Shown here piece after piece: positions 24,211 through 36,170 of a stretch of DNA of 64,000 nt (the stretch's first letter is position 1; the number at the start of each line of letters is the position of its first letter). Both the position numbers and the translations under genes were made by a program. Origin of the DNA: Chara braunii (lineage: Eukaryota; Plantae; Charophyceae); NCBI GenBank assembly GCA_003427395.1, contig BFEA01000005.1, positions 5,744,980-5,808,979 on the forward strand. Direction: 5' to 3'. The notes under the pieces were generated by a model. It worked only from the letters and a program-made list of their open reading frames with translations, was not told where the DNA came from and ran no database searches.

Positions 24211-26295
24211 ATGGATGACCCGATTACGACGGAAGAGGCTTGGGAAGCTGTGGCCTCTATGGCTAAGGGCAAGGCCCCGGGGGATGACGATTTACCAGTG
24301 AAAGTTTATCTGGTAATTTGGGATTCCGTAAAAAACCAATTAATGGAAATCTATAATCAAGTCCTCGTGGGAGGAAATCTCTCCAAGGGTATCAAAAACG
24401 GAATCATTTTCCTGTTGTATAAAAAAAAGGACAAGTCGGAGATTAGAAATTGGATACTGATTTCGATCCTTAATGTTTCCTACAAATTATTGGCCAAAGT
24501 TTTGGCCAGACAACTGGGAAAATATCTCCCCTCTGTGATTTTCAACGATCAAGCGGCCTTTGTAAGAGGCCGCTCGATTTTCGATAATATCGTTACAACT
24601 ATTGAGGCCTTGGAAGTGGTGCAGAACACACAATCAAACATTTCCATCCTAATGTTGAATCTCAAAAAAACATACGATCGTGTTAATTGGACGTATGTTC
24701 TGACAACCTTGAGGCATGTGGGTTTTGGTGAGAACTTGTGTAACTGGGTGGCGACTCTTTATTCGCTGTCAACCGCCTCGGTAATTGTGAATGACAATCT
24801 ATCTGTGCCCTTCTCCCTGTCCCGCTCTCTGAGACAAGGATGTCCCCTGACCCCTCTCCTCTTCGTGATCCAAATGGAGAACCTTCTCTGCAACAACAGA
24901 TCGAACCATGTGATTGTAGGTCTGAAGGCTGGCGTTACTCTGTGCAAAGTGAAGGCACTTGCAAATGACTTATTCGCCGTTTCTGAAAACTTAACGAAGC
25001 CAATGAATGGCCTAAAAATGTGTTTGGACGAGTACTCAGAACTTTCTGAAGCCTCGTTCAATTGGGCAAAGTCCATGTTCTTCCTTCCTACCACTCACGT
25101 ACCCGTTGTAAATTGGGGTATGAAGCGTATTGTTGCAGAGGAATCTGAGTGCTTTCTTGGAGTTCAAGTTTCTCTACTATCATGTAATATAGATAAAGAG
25201 GGTATCCTCCTTCAACGCTCGATACAACAGGTAGCCACGTGGGGGAAAGCGACACACCTGTCACTTTATGGGATAATTTTGATCATTAATAGTGCCTTGA
25301 TGTCCTTGTTTTGGTTTGCTGCAGCCGTCCGTCCATTGGGTAAACACATATGTTCTCTAATTAGAAGGAGGGCCGGTCGTTTCATATGGAAGTCGTACTC
25401 CTGTAATGAGGAAGGCTTCATGTCGAAAGTGGCATGGGATCTTCTATGCTACCCCAAGGAGGAGGGAGGATTGAGATTAGTTGATCCCCGGAAGAAAAGT
25501 GTTGCGATGTTGGTTAGATGGGTGATTAAGGCCATAAGCTCCTCGGAGGCCTCCCACTGGATTGCCCTGCCNGAGGAAATCTTANCTGCTTAATGGTCTC
25601 TCAAACGCCACTCGGATGTTTGGACATGTCTGTTACTTAGCTCTTATCAGAATCGACGTGTGAAATCTGAATTCTGGGGGGCTGTGTTGTATGCATGGAA
25701 ACAACTCAGGCCGAATGCCTGGCTGAACCCCACCACGAAAGCTGAAATTTTATTACAGCCGCTCTTTGATAAAACCCTGCAATAAGGCAGGCAAATGGTA
25801 ATTGTTTCTCTGCAGACTACTCCCGTAGCAGCTTTGGAAAAAGCTGGATCGAGAGAAGGGTCCTAAGGATCCGTGATATTTGGAAGGCACTGGAGGGACA
25901 ATGGATCTCACATGGGGCATTGAGGGAATTGTTGGGTGTTGTTTGGTATGTCGAAGAAAGGTTGGTGGCTATAATTGACGCTATTCCCACACAATGGAAG
26001 GACACCTTGAGCCCAGAAGGGGTGGACCCTCCCGGGACCTGGTATATCTCAAATGAGATCAGTCCAGCCCCTATGTTTTGGAAATTGACAGGCTTTGACC
26101 CTATTGGTAACAGGGAATTTGAATGTTGGGAAGGGCTCAACGCAAGGAAACCTTGTCAGTTGGTCCCACTGGAGGAACCAGCTCACCCCCCTTTGGATGC
26201 GAGTTTGGCCCAAATCAGGGTCTGGGGATCCTGCGCTGATGAAGGTAATTGGTTCTGCAAAGTATTCGCTCATGGAAAAACACTCACACAGATCA
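24207..26295 (+). pseudogene. LINE family B ORF2 3' half (reverse transcriptase), 3'-truncated
   Basis: Resumes after the TSD with KAPGDD, NWILISILN, DQAAFVRGR, LRQGCPL, ALANDL (decayed catalytic DD) and EEGGLRL. Confidence 0.88.
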
Positions 26296-26399
26296 CGCCA
26301 GGGAGGTCACCGCCGAGAGGAATGGAACCAGCGAACGGGACTCTCCGAATTCCAACCAAAATTGGATAGCGTTCGACTTCCCCGCCCCTTTCCACTACC

Positions 26400-29300
26400 G
26401 GCAGCAGCGGACCAGCGACGAGAGCAGGCCGAGGCTGGAGCGATCAACCAACTCCCGTGGACCGCCTGCTCAACACTGCAGCAGCGAGAGATGGGGTATG
26501 CCGCAACGCTAAAAAAATGGCACTTCACACCGACGGAGAGTAACAGCAGCCCGCCGGAGGGTGACAAGACCAAGGAGGAGATCTCCATGATGATTGCGGA
26601 GCTCGTTGCCACGTGCAATTGGCAGCAGCAGGAGCTGCAGCGCTTGGCACGGGTGATTGACAACGACTGGGACTGGCAAGATGGCACCACCTGCGGCTTT
26701 CATACCCGCATCGAGGACTTGGAGAAGAGGGATGCCGTCAAACCTGGCAGCGGACCTAGTACAAGCCAGTTGTTGACACGACAGCTGAAGCAGCGGATTG
26801 ACCAACTGACCATGCGGTAGCCACGACCGGCGACCTTGGCACGTTCACAAGACCTGCGACAATCAACCAGCAACTAACTGTGCTGAAGTCCGTTGTCCGC
26901 ACGCTGCAGTAGCAACCAGCAAGCAGCAACACCCCTTGTCCATACCAAGATGCCAACTTTCCGAATCGAGAAGTTCGACGACTACACCAAGCAAGATCCG
27001 CTCGCGTGGTGGCAAGGTTTCACCACGGAGCTAGGATTTTACGAAGTCCCCGAACATCTCAAAATCGCAGCACTCTACCTCAACACCACGGGTGAGTGCC
27101 AAATCTGGCTCAATCACCTCGCGGTCAAATAGGGAGTCAGCATGGACCGCTTACACACCAAGTTGGACTGGAACACTATTGAAGCCCTATGGAAAGCACG
27201 ATTCATCGTGCAAGACACGGTAGCCAAGGGCGTCAACCAAGTTTTACAAATGTTTCAAGGAAGTCAACCCACACGTGAGTGATTTACCGAATGGCAAAAG
27301 ATTGTGGCCATTCCGAACCTGAAGTTGTCTTTCGAACACATTCGGCGCACGTTCTTCAAACGTTCCGTGGACTCCTTGACACAAGCACTTGGACAAGTGG
27401 AGGGGTATGGCGATTTCGACGCAATAGTAACTCACGCCCATTATCCAAACAAAACGGCATGTCGCTAACGAAAGGCAAGGGCAGCCGAACTTTGTGGCAA
27501 CGGACGAAGCCCGTTGCCGCAGTCCAATCAAGTGGACCTAATGAAGACCCGACATCGACTTCAGCGTCAAGTGAAGGAGACCAAGTCAATGCCCTTCCAC
27601 CGCGGCGCACCAACTCAAGAAGGAACAAGGCGAAATCAGCGTCAACTATGGAAGCTGGACAACTGAACAAGCCGTGGGTCAAGTTCAACCTCACGGATGA
27701 TCAATTCAAACTCCGACAAAAGTGGGGATGCTGTTTTTGGTGCAAAAGCACGAAAAACACCCCCTCCCAATGCCCCGACAACTTCGCGACAAGGGCAAGG
27801 AGGATGTTCGGCCCAAGCCAAGCTCGGGAAACTGAGCTCCACGGGAAGTGAGGCGACTCCACTTCCCGTCCCGCCGGACACGGTTGCCTTGCTAGCAACT
27901 TCCTACACGTCCAGGGAACATGCGGATGTTGCAAGTTCGCATACTACATATGACGACTATGCTGTCCAGCCGGTCCCTTCGTTGGACCTACCCCTCCACG
28001 TGCAAGACTCATGTGCATGCGCATTTTCATCACCACTGGCAAGCGACCCGACTTCTTCGCGGTCACTTCTATCATCCGGGGATTCGCCGGTTTGGTCGAG
28101 ACTACGAAAGGCTTCCAATGGTTGCCTCTTCCCCCGCCCGGTTCCTTGCCAAAACCGCGTTGCAACGCACTCATGGCGGATCTGCGCAAGTATTTGCACG
28201 CTGTAGTACCAGTTCCTTTGACGGAAGACGGAGTAGGGGTTGTTGACCTTCGCGAGTACCTTGCGAAGATTGACAGTGAGTACGCCACACAACGGTACGA
28301 CGATATCGATGCACCGTTACTTCACATCCGCATTCCGATCGGGAAGGTGACTTGCAGCGCCTTGATCGATTGTGGAGTTACTGGAAACTACATTAGACTT
28401 CATGGTGCACGCTGGCCTCGGGCCACGTGTTCGAAGGAAGTCGCAGCCCACGAAAGTCACGTTGGCCGACGGTCACATGCACAAGTCCATTGACTGGTGC
28501 ATTGACGCGGTGCCCGTGTACTTTGCCTCGCACACACGCGAGGTCATTTCCTTCGACATCTTGGACACAAAGTTTGATATGAACTTGGCCATGTCGTGGC
28601 TGCGAAGTGAAGACCATCCGGTGAACTTCTATTGTCGCACTGTTCATGTGTGTGATTGGACGGTATGTTAGTCCCATGCACGATTCCTCCACCTTACCCT
28701 TCGATTGGTTGTTACGTGGTTCCCACGGCGAGCATTCGCAACTCCCTCGCACAACACGATGTTGAAAAAATAGGCCTTCGTTTCGTGCATTTCATCCCTC
28801 CATCTGACGAGCCAGCATCGAAAGTACCACCGGATCCACAAATTGTAGAGCTTCTTGACTCCTTCGGCGACGTCTTCGAAGACCCTGTTGGAATCATATT
28901 GGATCAGCTTATTCGCCACGAGAGCATCCTCGAGGATGGGGCCATACGTCCGCACGGATGTATCTACCACATGAGCGAGGAAGAACTTTGTACGCAACCC
29001 AACGACCTGATTGCCAAGGGTTGGATTCGCCCTAGCTGCTCGCCCTACGGTGCACCCGTTCTCTTCGTCCGGATAAAGAACAATGACTTGCGTATATGCA
29101 TTAATTACCGCAAGCTTAATGGACAAATTGTTAAGAATGCAGTCCCGCTTCCCCGCATCAACGATCTTCTCGAACGCTTGGGCGGCGCCACGTACTTCTC
29201 GACGTTGGACCTCAAATCCGGATATCGCCAAAGCGAGGTCCATCCACGAGACCAGTACAAGACCGCGTTCAAGACGAGGTATGGGCACTTCGAGTGGGTC

Positions 29301-31839
29301 GTAATGCCATTCGACCTCACAAATGCCCCAGCCAGCTTCCAAGCGGCTATGACGACGGAGTTCCGCTACGTGTTGGACTGGTTCGTCCTTAACTATTTCA
29401 ACAACATCCTGGTTTATAGTTGGACCTCGACGAGCATCTCCGGCACCTACGCACCGTTTTGGAGAGGTTACGTATGGCCAAGTACAAGGCCAATTGGGCC
29501 AAGTGCGAGTTCGCTCAACAAGAGCTTGAGTACTTGGGTCACTTTGTGACGCCACAAGGCATCCGTCCGCTTGCAGAGAAAATTCAGGCCATCTAAGATT
29601 GGTCGGAACCACCAATACCATGGAGGTTCGCTGCTTCATGGGAATGGGTACACGCGGATCGCCGCACCTTCGTCGCGACTTCAGTCCCCAAAGCTGCCCT
29701 TCCACTTCATTGGCGAAGTAAGGGTCTGTTCCACAAGCTAAAGACAACGGTGGTTATGGCTCCTGTTTTGAGCATTTACTACCCGACTTTGCCAACAAGA
29801 GTGACTACGGACGCTTCCGGCCACGACATTGGCGCAGTCTTGGAGCAGCACGATGGAGTAGATTGGCATCCGGTTGAATACTTCCGTCAAAAGGTGCCCC
29901 CCATTAACTCATCTGATGACACGAGGAAGGAGTTGCTGGCCCTCGTCACGATACTCAAACGATGGCGACACTTCCTCCTTGAGCGTCGTAGGTTTACTTG
30001 GGTGACCGACAATAACCCATTGAGCTACTACAAGACGCAAGACACGGTGAGTTGCACGATCGAGAGATGGATGTACTTTATTGGCCAGTTCGACTTCACG
30101 CCAAAGCACGTCACGCCGATGATCACAGGTCTCTTTAATCAAGCGGATGCTCTTTCGTGAAGAGACGATCCTTGCACATTGACACATCATGCCTCTGACT
30201 TCGACGAAGACCTACATCAACACTTAGTATGGGCATAAAAGATGGATCCGGACTATGCTACCCTCTACGAGGAACTTTCTTTGAATCACCCGTCGGCTAG
30301 CCACTACTGCATCGTCGACGGGTACATGCTTCTCCATTCGCGAGACAATGACTTGTTATGAATCCCACGGGACTGTCGACTATGGACCCGCCTCCTTGGT
30401 GAGTACCACAACTCGTGGCTCGCCGGACACTTCGGAGTCAACTGGACGGTCACTCGACTTCGCCCTCGGTTTTGATGGCCCGGCGTCATCACCGACGTTA
30501 CACAGTATTTCGATTCTTGTGAGGTTTGTCGACGCAACAAGCCCCACAACCGCAACCCCTATGGCGAGTGGCGGCCGTCACCGACTCCTCGGGAACCCTG
30601 CTTGTCTATTGCCATGGATGTCACCAGACCCTTCCCACAGGATCGCCTCGGACATGACGGTGTCCTCACGGTCGTTGACCGATTAAGTAAGTACCCACGG
30701 TTTCTTCCTTGCAAGTGTCATGCGACGGCTCCCGAGCTCGCAAGAGTCTTGCACACCGGTTGGATTTGTGGCCACAGCGTTCCAAAAGACATCGTTAGCG
30801 ACCACGACACTTGATTCATGTCGGCATTTTGTACCTCCTTCCTGAAGGAATCCGGCACCGAGATGAAACCGAGTTCAGATCGGCACCCACAAACGGATAG
30901 GCAAACAGAGCGGGCACATCATACCGCTCAATTTTGCGGCTCAAATGATACTTCGTACGCTCATCCGTCTGGACCAGAAAGGTTGTGTCGACCTCCTTCC
31001 TGACATTGAATTTGCATACAACACTTCGTTGCATCCGGCGATTGGCGTAACTCCATTTGAGTTGCACCACAGTGGCTGAAAAGACCGTATCTTCGCAGAT
31101 CTTGTATTCCCTCGGGCAGCCGACATTGACGCTCCTTGCTCTCCCACCTTTGTTTGGAAGTACCGGGACTGGTTGGCTAAAGCCCGCCCAAACATGCAAA
31201 AGACCCAAGTCCGCATGCAGCAGCAAGCTGATCAGCGTTGCGTGCCATGTCCTATCCGCGTTGGCGACCTAGTATGGGTTTCCTCCGAGGAGTTCAAACT
31301 CGAACAAGATGCCTCGCACAAACTCCTCCCCAAGTGGTTTGGACCATGGACCATCAAATCAGCCGTGGGTGACGGGCGCGATGGCCCATCGTTCGTGATC
31401 GACATCCCGCCACATCTACCAATCCACCCGGTCTTTCAAGCCTCTAAGCTGGCCACTTACATACCAGCCAAGAGCGACGACCTCCTGGGACGGTGATCGC
31501 AAGACCCTCCTTCCATGGATGGCCACTGGGAAATCGATCGGGTCATCGTGCATCGCAAATATGGCGACAAGCCAATGCCGTACAAAGTTACCTTTAAGCA
31601 CTGCGACCGTGATGACACACGATGAATTTCACGAGTAGACATGCAAGCGTCTGTGCCACTTATCGATGCCAACTACGAAAAGCAACAACTAGCGAAGGAG
31701 GCTTCACAACCTGCCCGTCCCACTCGTACTTCCCTCCCTCCGATAGACAACTTTGCCCTCGCCGATATTGATGCCTACCATACTACCTGAGCACTACCTA
31801 GGCAAACCAGCTATATTTAGAGCTGGTCGATTGGGAGGC
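26400..31839 (+). mobile_element. Ty3/gypsy chromovirus-type LTR retrotransposon 1, internal region, decayed
   Basis: Gag (MPTFRIEKFDDY), protease ALIDCG, RT ([27 protein letters not shown]), RNase H (VTTDASG), integrase (SIAMDVT, HPQTD, GPW) and a chromodomain-like segment at about 31500-31680. No 5' LTR seen. Confidence 0.88.
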
Positions 31840-32539
31840 TGCCACTACCAGTGCCCAACTGTGCCAGTGTCCGAATCAGACCTGGCTCCAAAACCAAAAT
31901 TACAGGTGCCTAACCTGGCGCCTAAACTGAAAAGTAATTGGGGAAGTGCAAAAATGACTAGCGCCTAGTTTGGCGCCTAAACTGAAAAGTGACTGGCGCC
32001 TAACCTGGTGGCTAAACTCGAAACTGCGCCAGTGTCCGAGTTAGACCTGGCGCCAAAACTAAAAGATGACTGGCCTACTGGGCCGGTAACAGTCCTACCC
32101 TACGGGCCCTAACATGGGTCGAAACAACACCAGTCTTAGCTAGGCCCCTAGAACCCTACCAATACCCCTAACCCTACCGGCAGGCCCGTTTGGGCCCATG
32201 TGGAATCCGTGGTATGCCACAAGGTGAGGAGCTGAGCCGCTGCAGTTACCCTGCAGCCGCTGTGTGTGNNNNNNNNNNNNNNNNNNNNNNNNNNNNNNNN
32301 NNNNNNNNNNNNNNNNNNNNNNNNNNNNNNNNNNNNNNNNNNNNNNNNNNNNNNNNNNNNNNNNNNNNNNNNNNNNNNNNNNNNNNNNNNNNNNNNNNNN
32401 NNNNNNNNNNNNNNNNNNNNNNNNNNNNNNNNNNNNNNNNNNNNNNNNNNNNNNNNNNNNNNNNNNNNNNNNNNNNNNNNNNNNNNNNNNNNNNNNNNNN
32501 NNNNNNNNNNNNNGAGAGAGAGAGAGAGAGAGAGAGAGA

Positions 32540-33726
32540 GTTACATGCTGCGCCTGCACACGAGGGCCATTTTCCAGGCCCTGCGTCCCTCAGGCTGAAA
32601 GCCTGAAATTCAGGCTAAAAGCCTGAAAACCAGGGCCTACAGGCCCCGTGACTGTTCAGCCCGAAAGCCTGAAAACAGGGGCCTACAGTCCCTGTGTCGT
32701 TTTAGACTAAAAATGGCAATAGCCTTTTTAGCCTGAAACGAAGGGCCATTTTCGGTCGTTCATCAGAACAACCGGCCCTGAAACTCAGGCACCGAACCAG
32801 GGTTTCCCAGCCTCAGCAGATGCTGCAGCGCCAGCCCCTGGCACACTTCGGCATCAGCAAGAGCAGCCTCCTCAGCCTGGCTCGCCCTTCAGGCAGTCAG
32901 GAGGCAGGCCGAGGTAGTACATAGGGACTTCCCATGCACTTCACAGGTAGGCAGGATGCAGTCAGTAGTCTTCAGGATTCGGCAGCAGCACTTTGGAGGG
33001 AGCGCTGCAGGAGTAGTAGTAGCGTTAACATTAGTCTTCAGCGCTGGGCGCAGTAGGTAGTTGTAGTCTTCAGCGCTGGGCGCAGTAGGTAGTTGTAGTC
33101 TTCAGCGCTGGGCGCCATAGCTAGGATAGCACTAGAGAGAGAGANATTGGGCGGAGGCCAGGAGTACCTACCTGCAGCGCCGTTGCTCCAGCTTCGTCTT
33201 CACTGCATCAGCAGACTACGAGAGCAAGAGAGAGAGAGAGCTTGGTGAAATTGGATCCAGACTCGACTTTTGGGCTTCAGACATCGTGACGAGGGATTAT
33301 TTGGGACTTGTGACAAAGACTTGGTGTTGACGACATTCCCATCTCTCCCCCTCCTCTTCGTTTGATCCCCTCCTCTTCGTCTGTGTATGTCTGGACCTGG
33401 CGCTTCCTTCCTATGTACAGCGCCAGGCTCCTTCACACCTTGTGATGGATACAATGTATGTTTGGTCTGCGTTCAAACATTGATTGGGCTAGTCATTAGC
33501 ATTCTAGCATTTTGCGTCGCTATCTTATACTACGTGAATGAGGTCAGTCCCGGTCAGGTCAGGATTTGTATCTAAGTCTTCCCTGCGCTATTCAGCACCA
33601 TTTTGTATGTATTAGAATGCACATTGCTTGTTGAGATTCTACTTGCACTGCATTGTCCATTCAGTCCTTTTCATCACATTGTGGATCCTCGGTTTCTATG
33701 TACATCGCCCAACTGGGCATGTAACA
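32540..33726 (+). repeat. 5' LTR of gypsy 2
   Basis: (T)GTTACATGC...GCATGTAACA terminal inverted repeat. Matches 40071-41170. Followed by PBS-like TGGTATC at 33729-33735. Confidence 0.92.
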
Positions 33727-34499
33727 GTTGGTATCGGAATGCCGCACGTGAATCAAGACAACCTGATCTGACACGTGTGTGAGGAGTAGGTAGCTGATTA
33801 GTCTTTATTGATTGATTAGAGCACACTAGTTAGACCCCAAAATCACGATTTTGACCTTACTGCCGAAAATCGATTTTTTTTTTTCTTTCCTTGGATTTTG
33901 TTTTCTCGCTATTTCTGTTGTGGAAAATCGTAATAGCGCAACATCTTAAATTCGCATTTTCGTTTTTCCTCTGAAAATTCAAAATTTTGTTGTTGAAAAT
34001 CCAGAATATCCTTATTTTTGAAAATTTCGATTTCCTTTTGCATTTCCCGTTATTTGAAAATTCGGAATATCTGTTTTTTTTTAAATTCGTTTTTCTGAAA
34101 ACGGTAAGGGAAATCCCTCCTGCGGGTATTATTTTCCAAACTGCGAATACTCCCATCTGAGTAAGTCCAAATATTTTATTTCTTTTCGGAAATTGTTTTT
34201 CACAGTTCTAGGATTCTGTTAGTCAGTTCTATAAATCATTTGCAGTCTGAAGTCGAAATTTTTTCTCGTTGATCATTTCGCACTTCAAGGGAGGTTGGGA
34301 GACCTACTGAACTTGCAAAACTCGGGATTTTTATTATTTAGATTTTTTTTTTTGCAAAGTTCAAACTTTCCTTTTTTGATTAGTGGCTCCTTATCTGGGC
34401 GATTCTTTCCACCCACCCTCCCCACCTATGTTGTTGCCCCCTCTGGCCTTACCTTCTCTATCTATCTCCGGGTACCCCCTGCGACGGCATTGGTGAGTT

Positions 34500-34630
34500 G
34501 CCACATCAGCAGGCCACATCAGCAGACTATGTCAGCAGGACACGTCAGCAGACCACGTCAACAGGCCACGTCAGCAGGCCACGTCAGCAGGCAACGTCAG
34601 CCAACAGAGCAGGAAATACCACGTCAGCAG
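34500..34630 (+). repeat. Tandem CCACGTCAGCAGG-type repeats upstream of gag
   Basis: About 7-8 imperfect units are visible. Confidence 0.7.
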
Positions 34631-34673
34631 CCCCCCGGCCTGGTCTATGCTGTTGCGGTCACATACAACCGTC

Positions 34674-36170
34674 ATGGACCAGAGGTCCGGAGAAGACGAG
34701 GCCTATCAGGCCCGGATGCTGGCTTGGAGTACCGAAACAAAGAAACGGGCGGATGACGCAGCAGCAGCAGCGAAGAAGAAGGCACAGGACGCCGGACAGG
34801 CACGTCTGTTGGCAATTGAACAACAACGCCAGCATGACGAGGCAGCAGCAAAGGCTGCCGATGAAGAAACAATTCAACGTCGTGAGAAGATATTTAACGG
34901 AGAGTGGACCTTGCTCACAATGGCAGCGGAATGGCGGACCGAGGCCGAGAATGGAAAGATGGAGGATTGCGAAAACAAGATCGCTCGCCTCCTCTCCCAA
35001 CTCACAGACCTCCTGACTACATGCATTACACAACAGGAGGACATCCACAGCCTCGACGACTCGCTGGCTCAAGTCCAAGGCCGCCTCCGGCAGCTGGAGC
35101 AGCGACCTGTCGCTGCCCCCGATGCCAGCTCTTCCAACACCTCCGATCGCCTCGAAGCATTGGAGATGGACGTCGGCTCCTTGAAGGACGGCGTGCAGTT
35201 ACAGTAGACCGCAAAGCAACAATTGGAACAACGGATCTGTACGACAGCCAACACCTCGAGTCCGGAACCACGCGAGACAACTCCAAAGTTTGATGGGCAG
35301 GAGATCTTCTGCGACTCGATGAAGACGGATCCGATTCCATGGTTCCGCAAGTTTGAGCTCACGCTCCAGCTACACAACGTCAAAGAACACAAGCACCACG
35401 CGTACTTATACTCCCGCTCGGGGGGCGCGTGCCAGGCATGGTTGGACAATCTCTTGTCCAAGTACAGAGTGGTAGCTGCCGACTTGCACACCAAGATCAG
35501 TTGGGATGATTTGAAGGCGGCGTGGCACAAGTGGTTCCAAGTCGAGCCGTCGGAGATTAAGGCTATGGACAAGCTCATGGTCTTCGAGCAAGGCACGCTG
35601 CCGAGTACCGACTGGATTGCCGAGTACCAATGCTTGACATTAGTCCCAAACATCCAGATGGGCTTCAAAGCCATCCGCCACTATTTCATCTCAAGGTCCT
35701 GTCCGACATTAAGTAATGCCTTGACTCACGTCGAGGACACCTTGACGACGACGGCGGAACTTTTTGACAAGGTCGCGCAGATCATCATTACGAACAAGGA
35801 GGCTAAGAACCTGCGTTCGTCTGCGGCAGGCCCGAGCAGGGACCAGCATTGGCCAAGAGTGGCCGTGGTCATAGCGGCAACACCATTTGACCAAACTAGC
35901 GAGGCCGTGTCTGCCCATGAAGGAGACAGACTCGCAGCCGCCAGGGAAGGTGGCCGCCCCGGCAGAGGTCGAGGATGCGGCAAGACGAAGACACACACCG
36001 CATTTAGCCCCAGGCCCGGCGCAGCAGCTCCAGCCCCATGGTCCCAATACAGCATCTCCGAGCAAGCATTCAAGGCGCGCACGAGATTTCACTATTGCCT
36101 CTGGTGCAACAGCGATCTCCATGAGATATTGGCCTGCCGATTGAAAGGCAAGGGCAAACAGGGAAACTGA
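34674..36170 (+). pseudogene. gypsy 2 gag (one internal stop at 35205-35207)
   Basis: Coiled-coil N-terminus, PKFDGQ, CLWCNSDLH...C knuckle; ends CAG GGA AAC TGA. Confidence 0.8.

Noticed and set aside
28668-29747. Long antisense ORFs over gypsy RT and gag (also 35069-35674)
   Set aside because: These are expected shadows of GC-rich coding sequence with no recognisable motifs.
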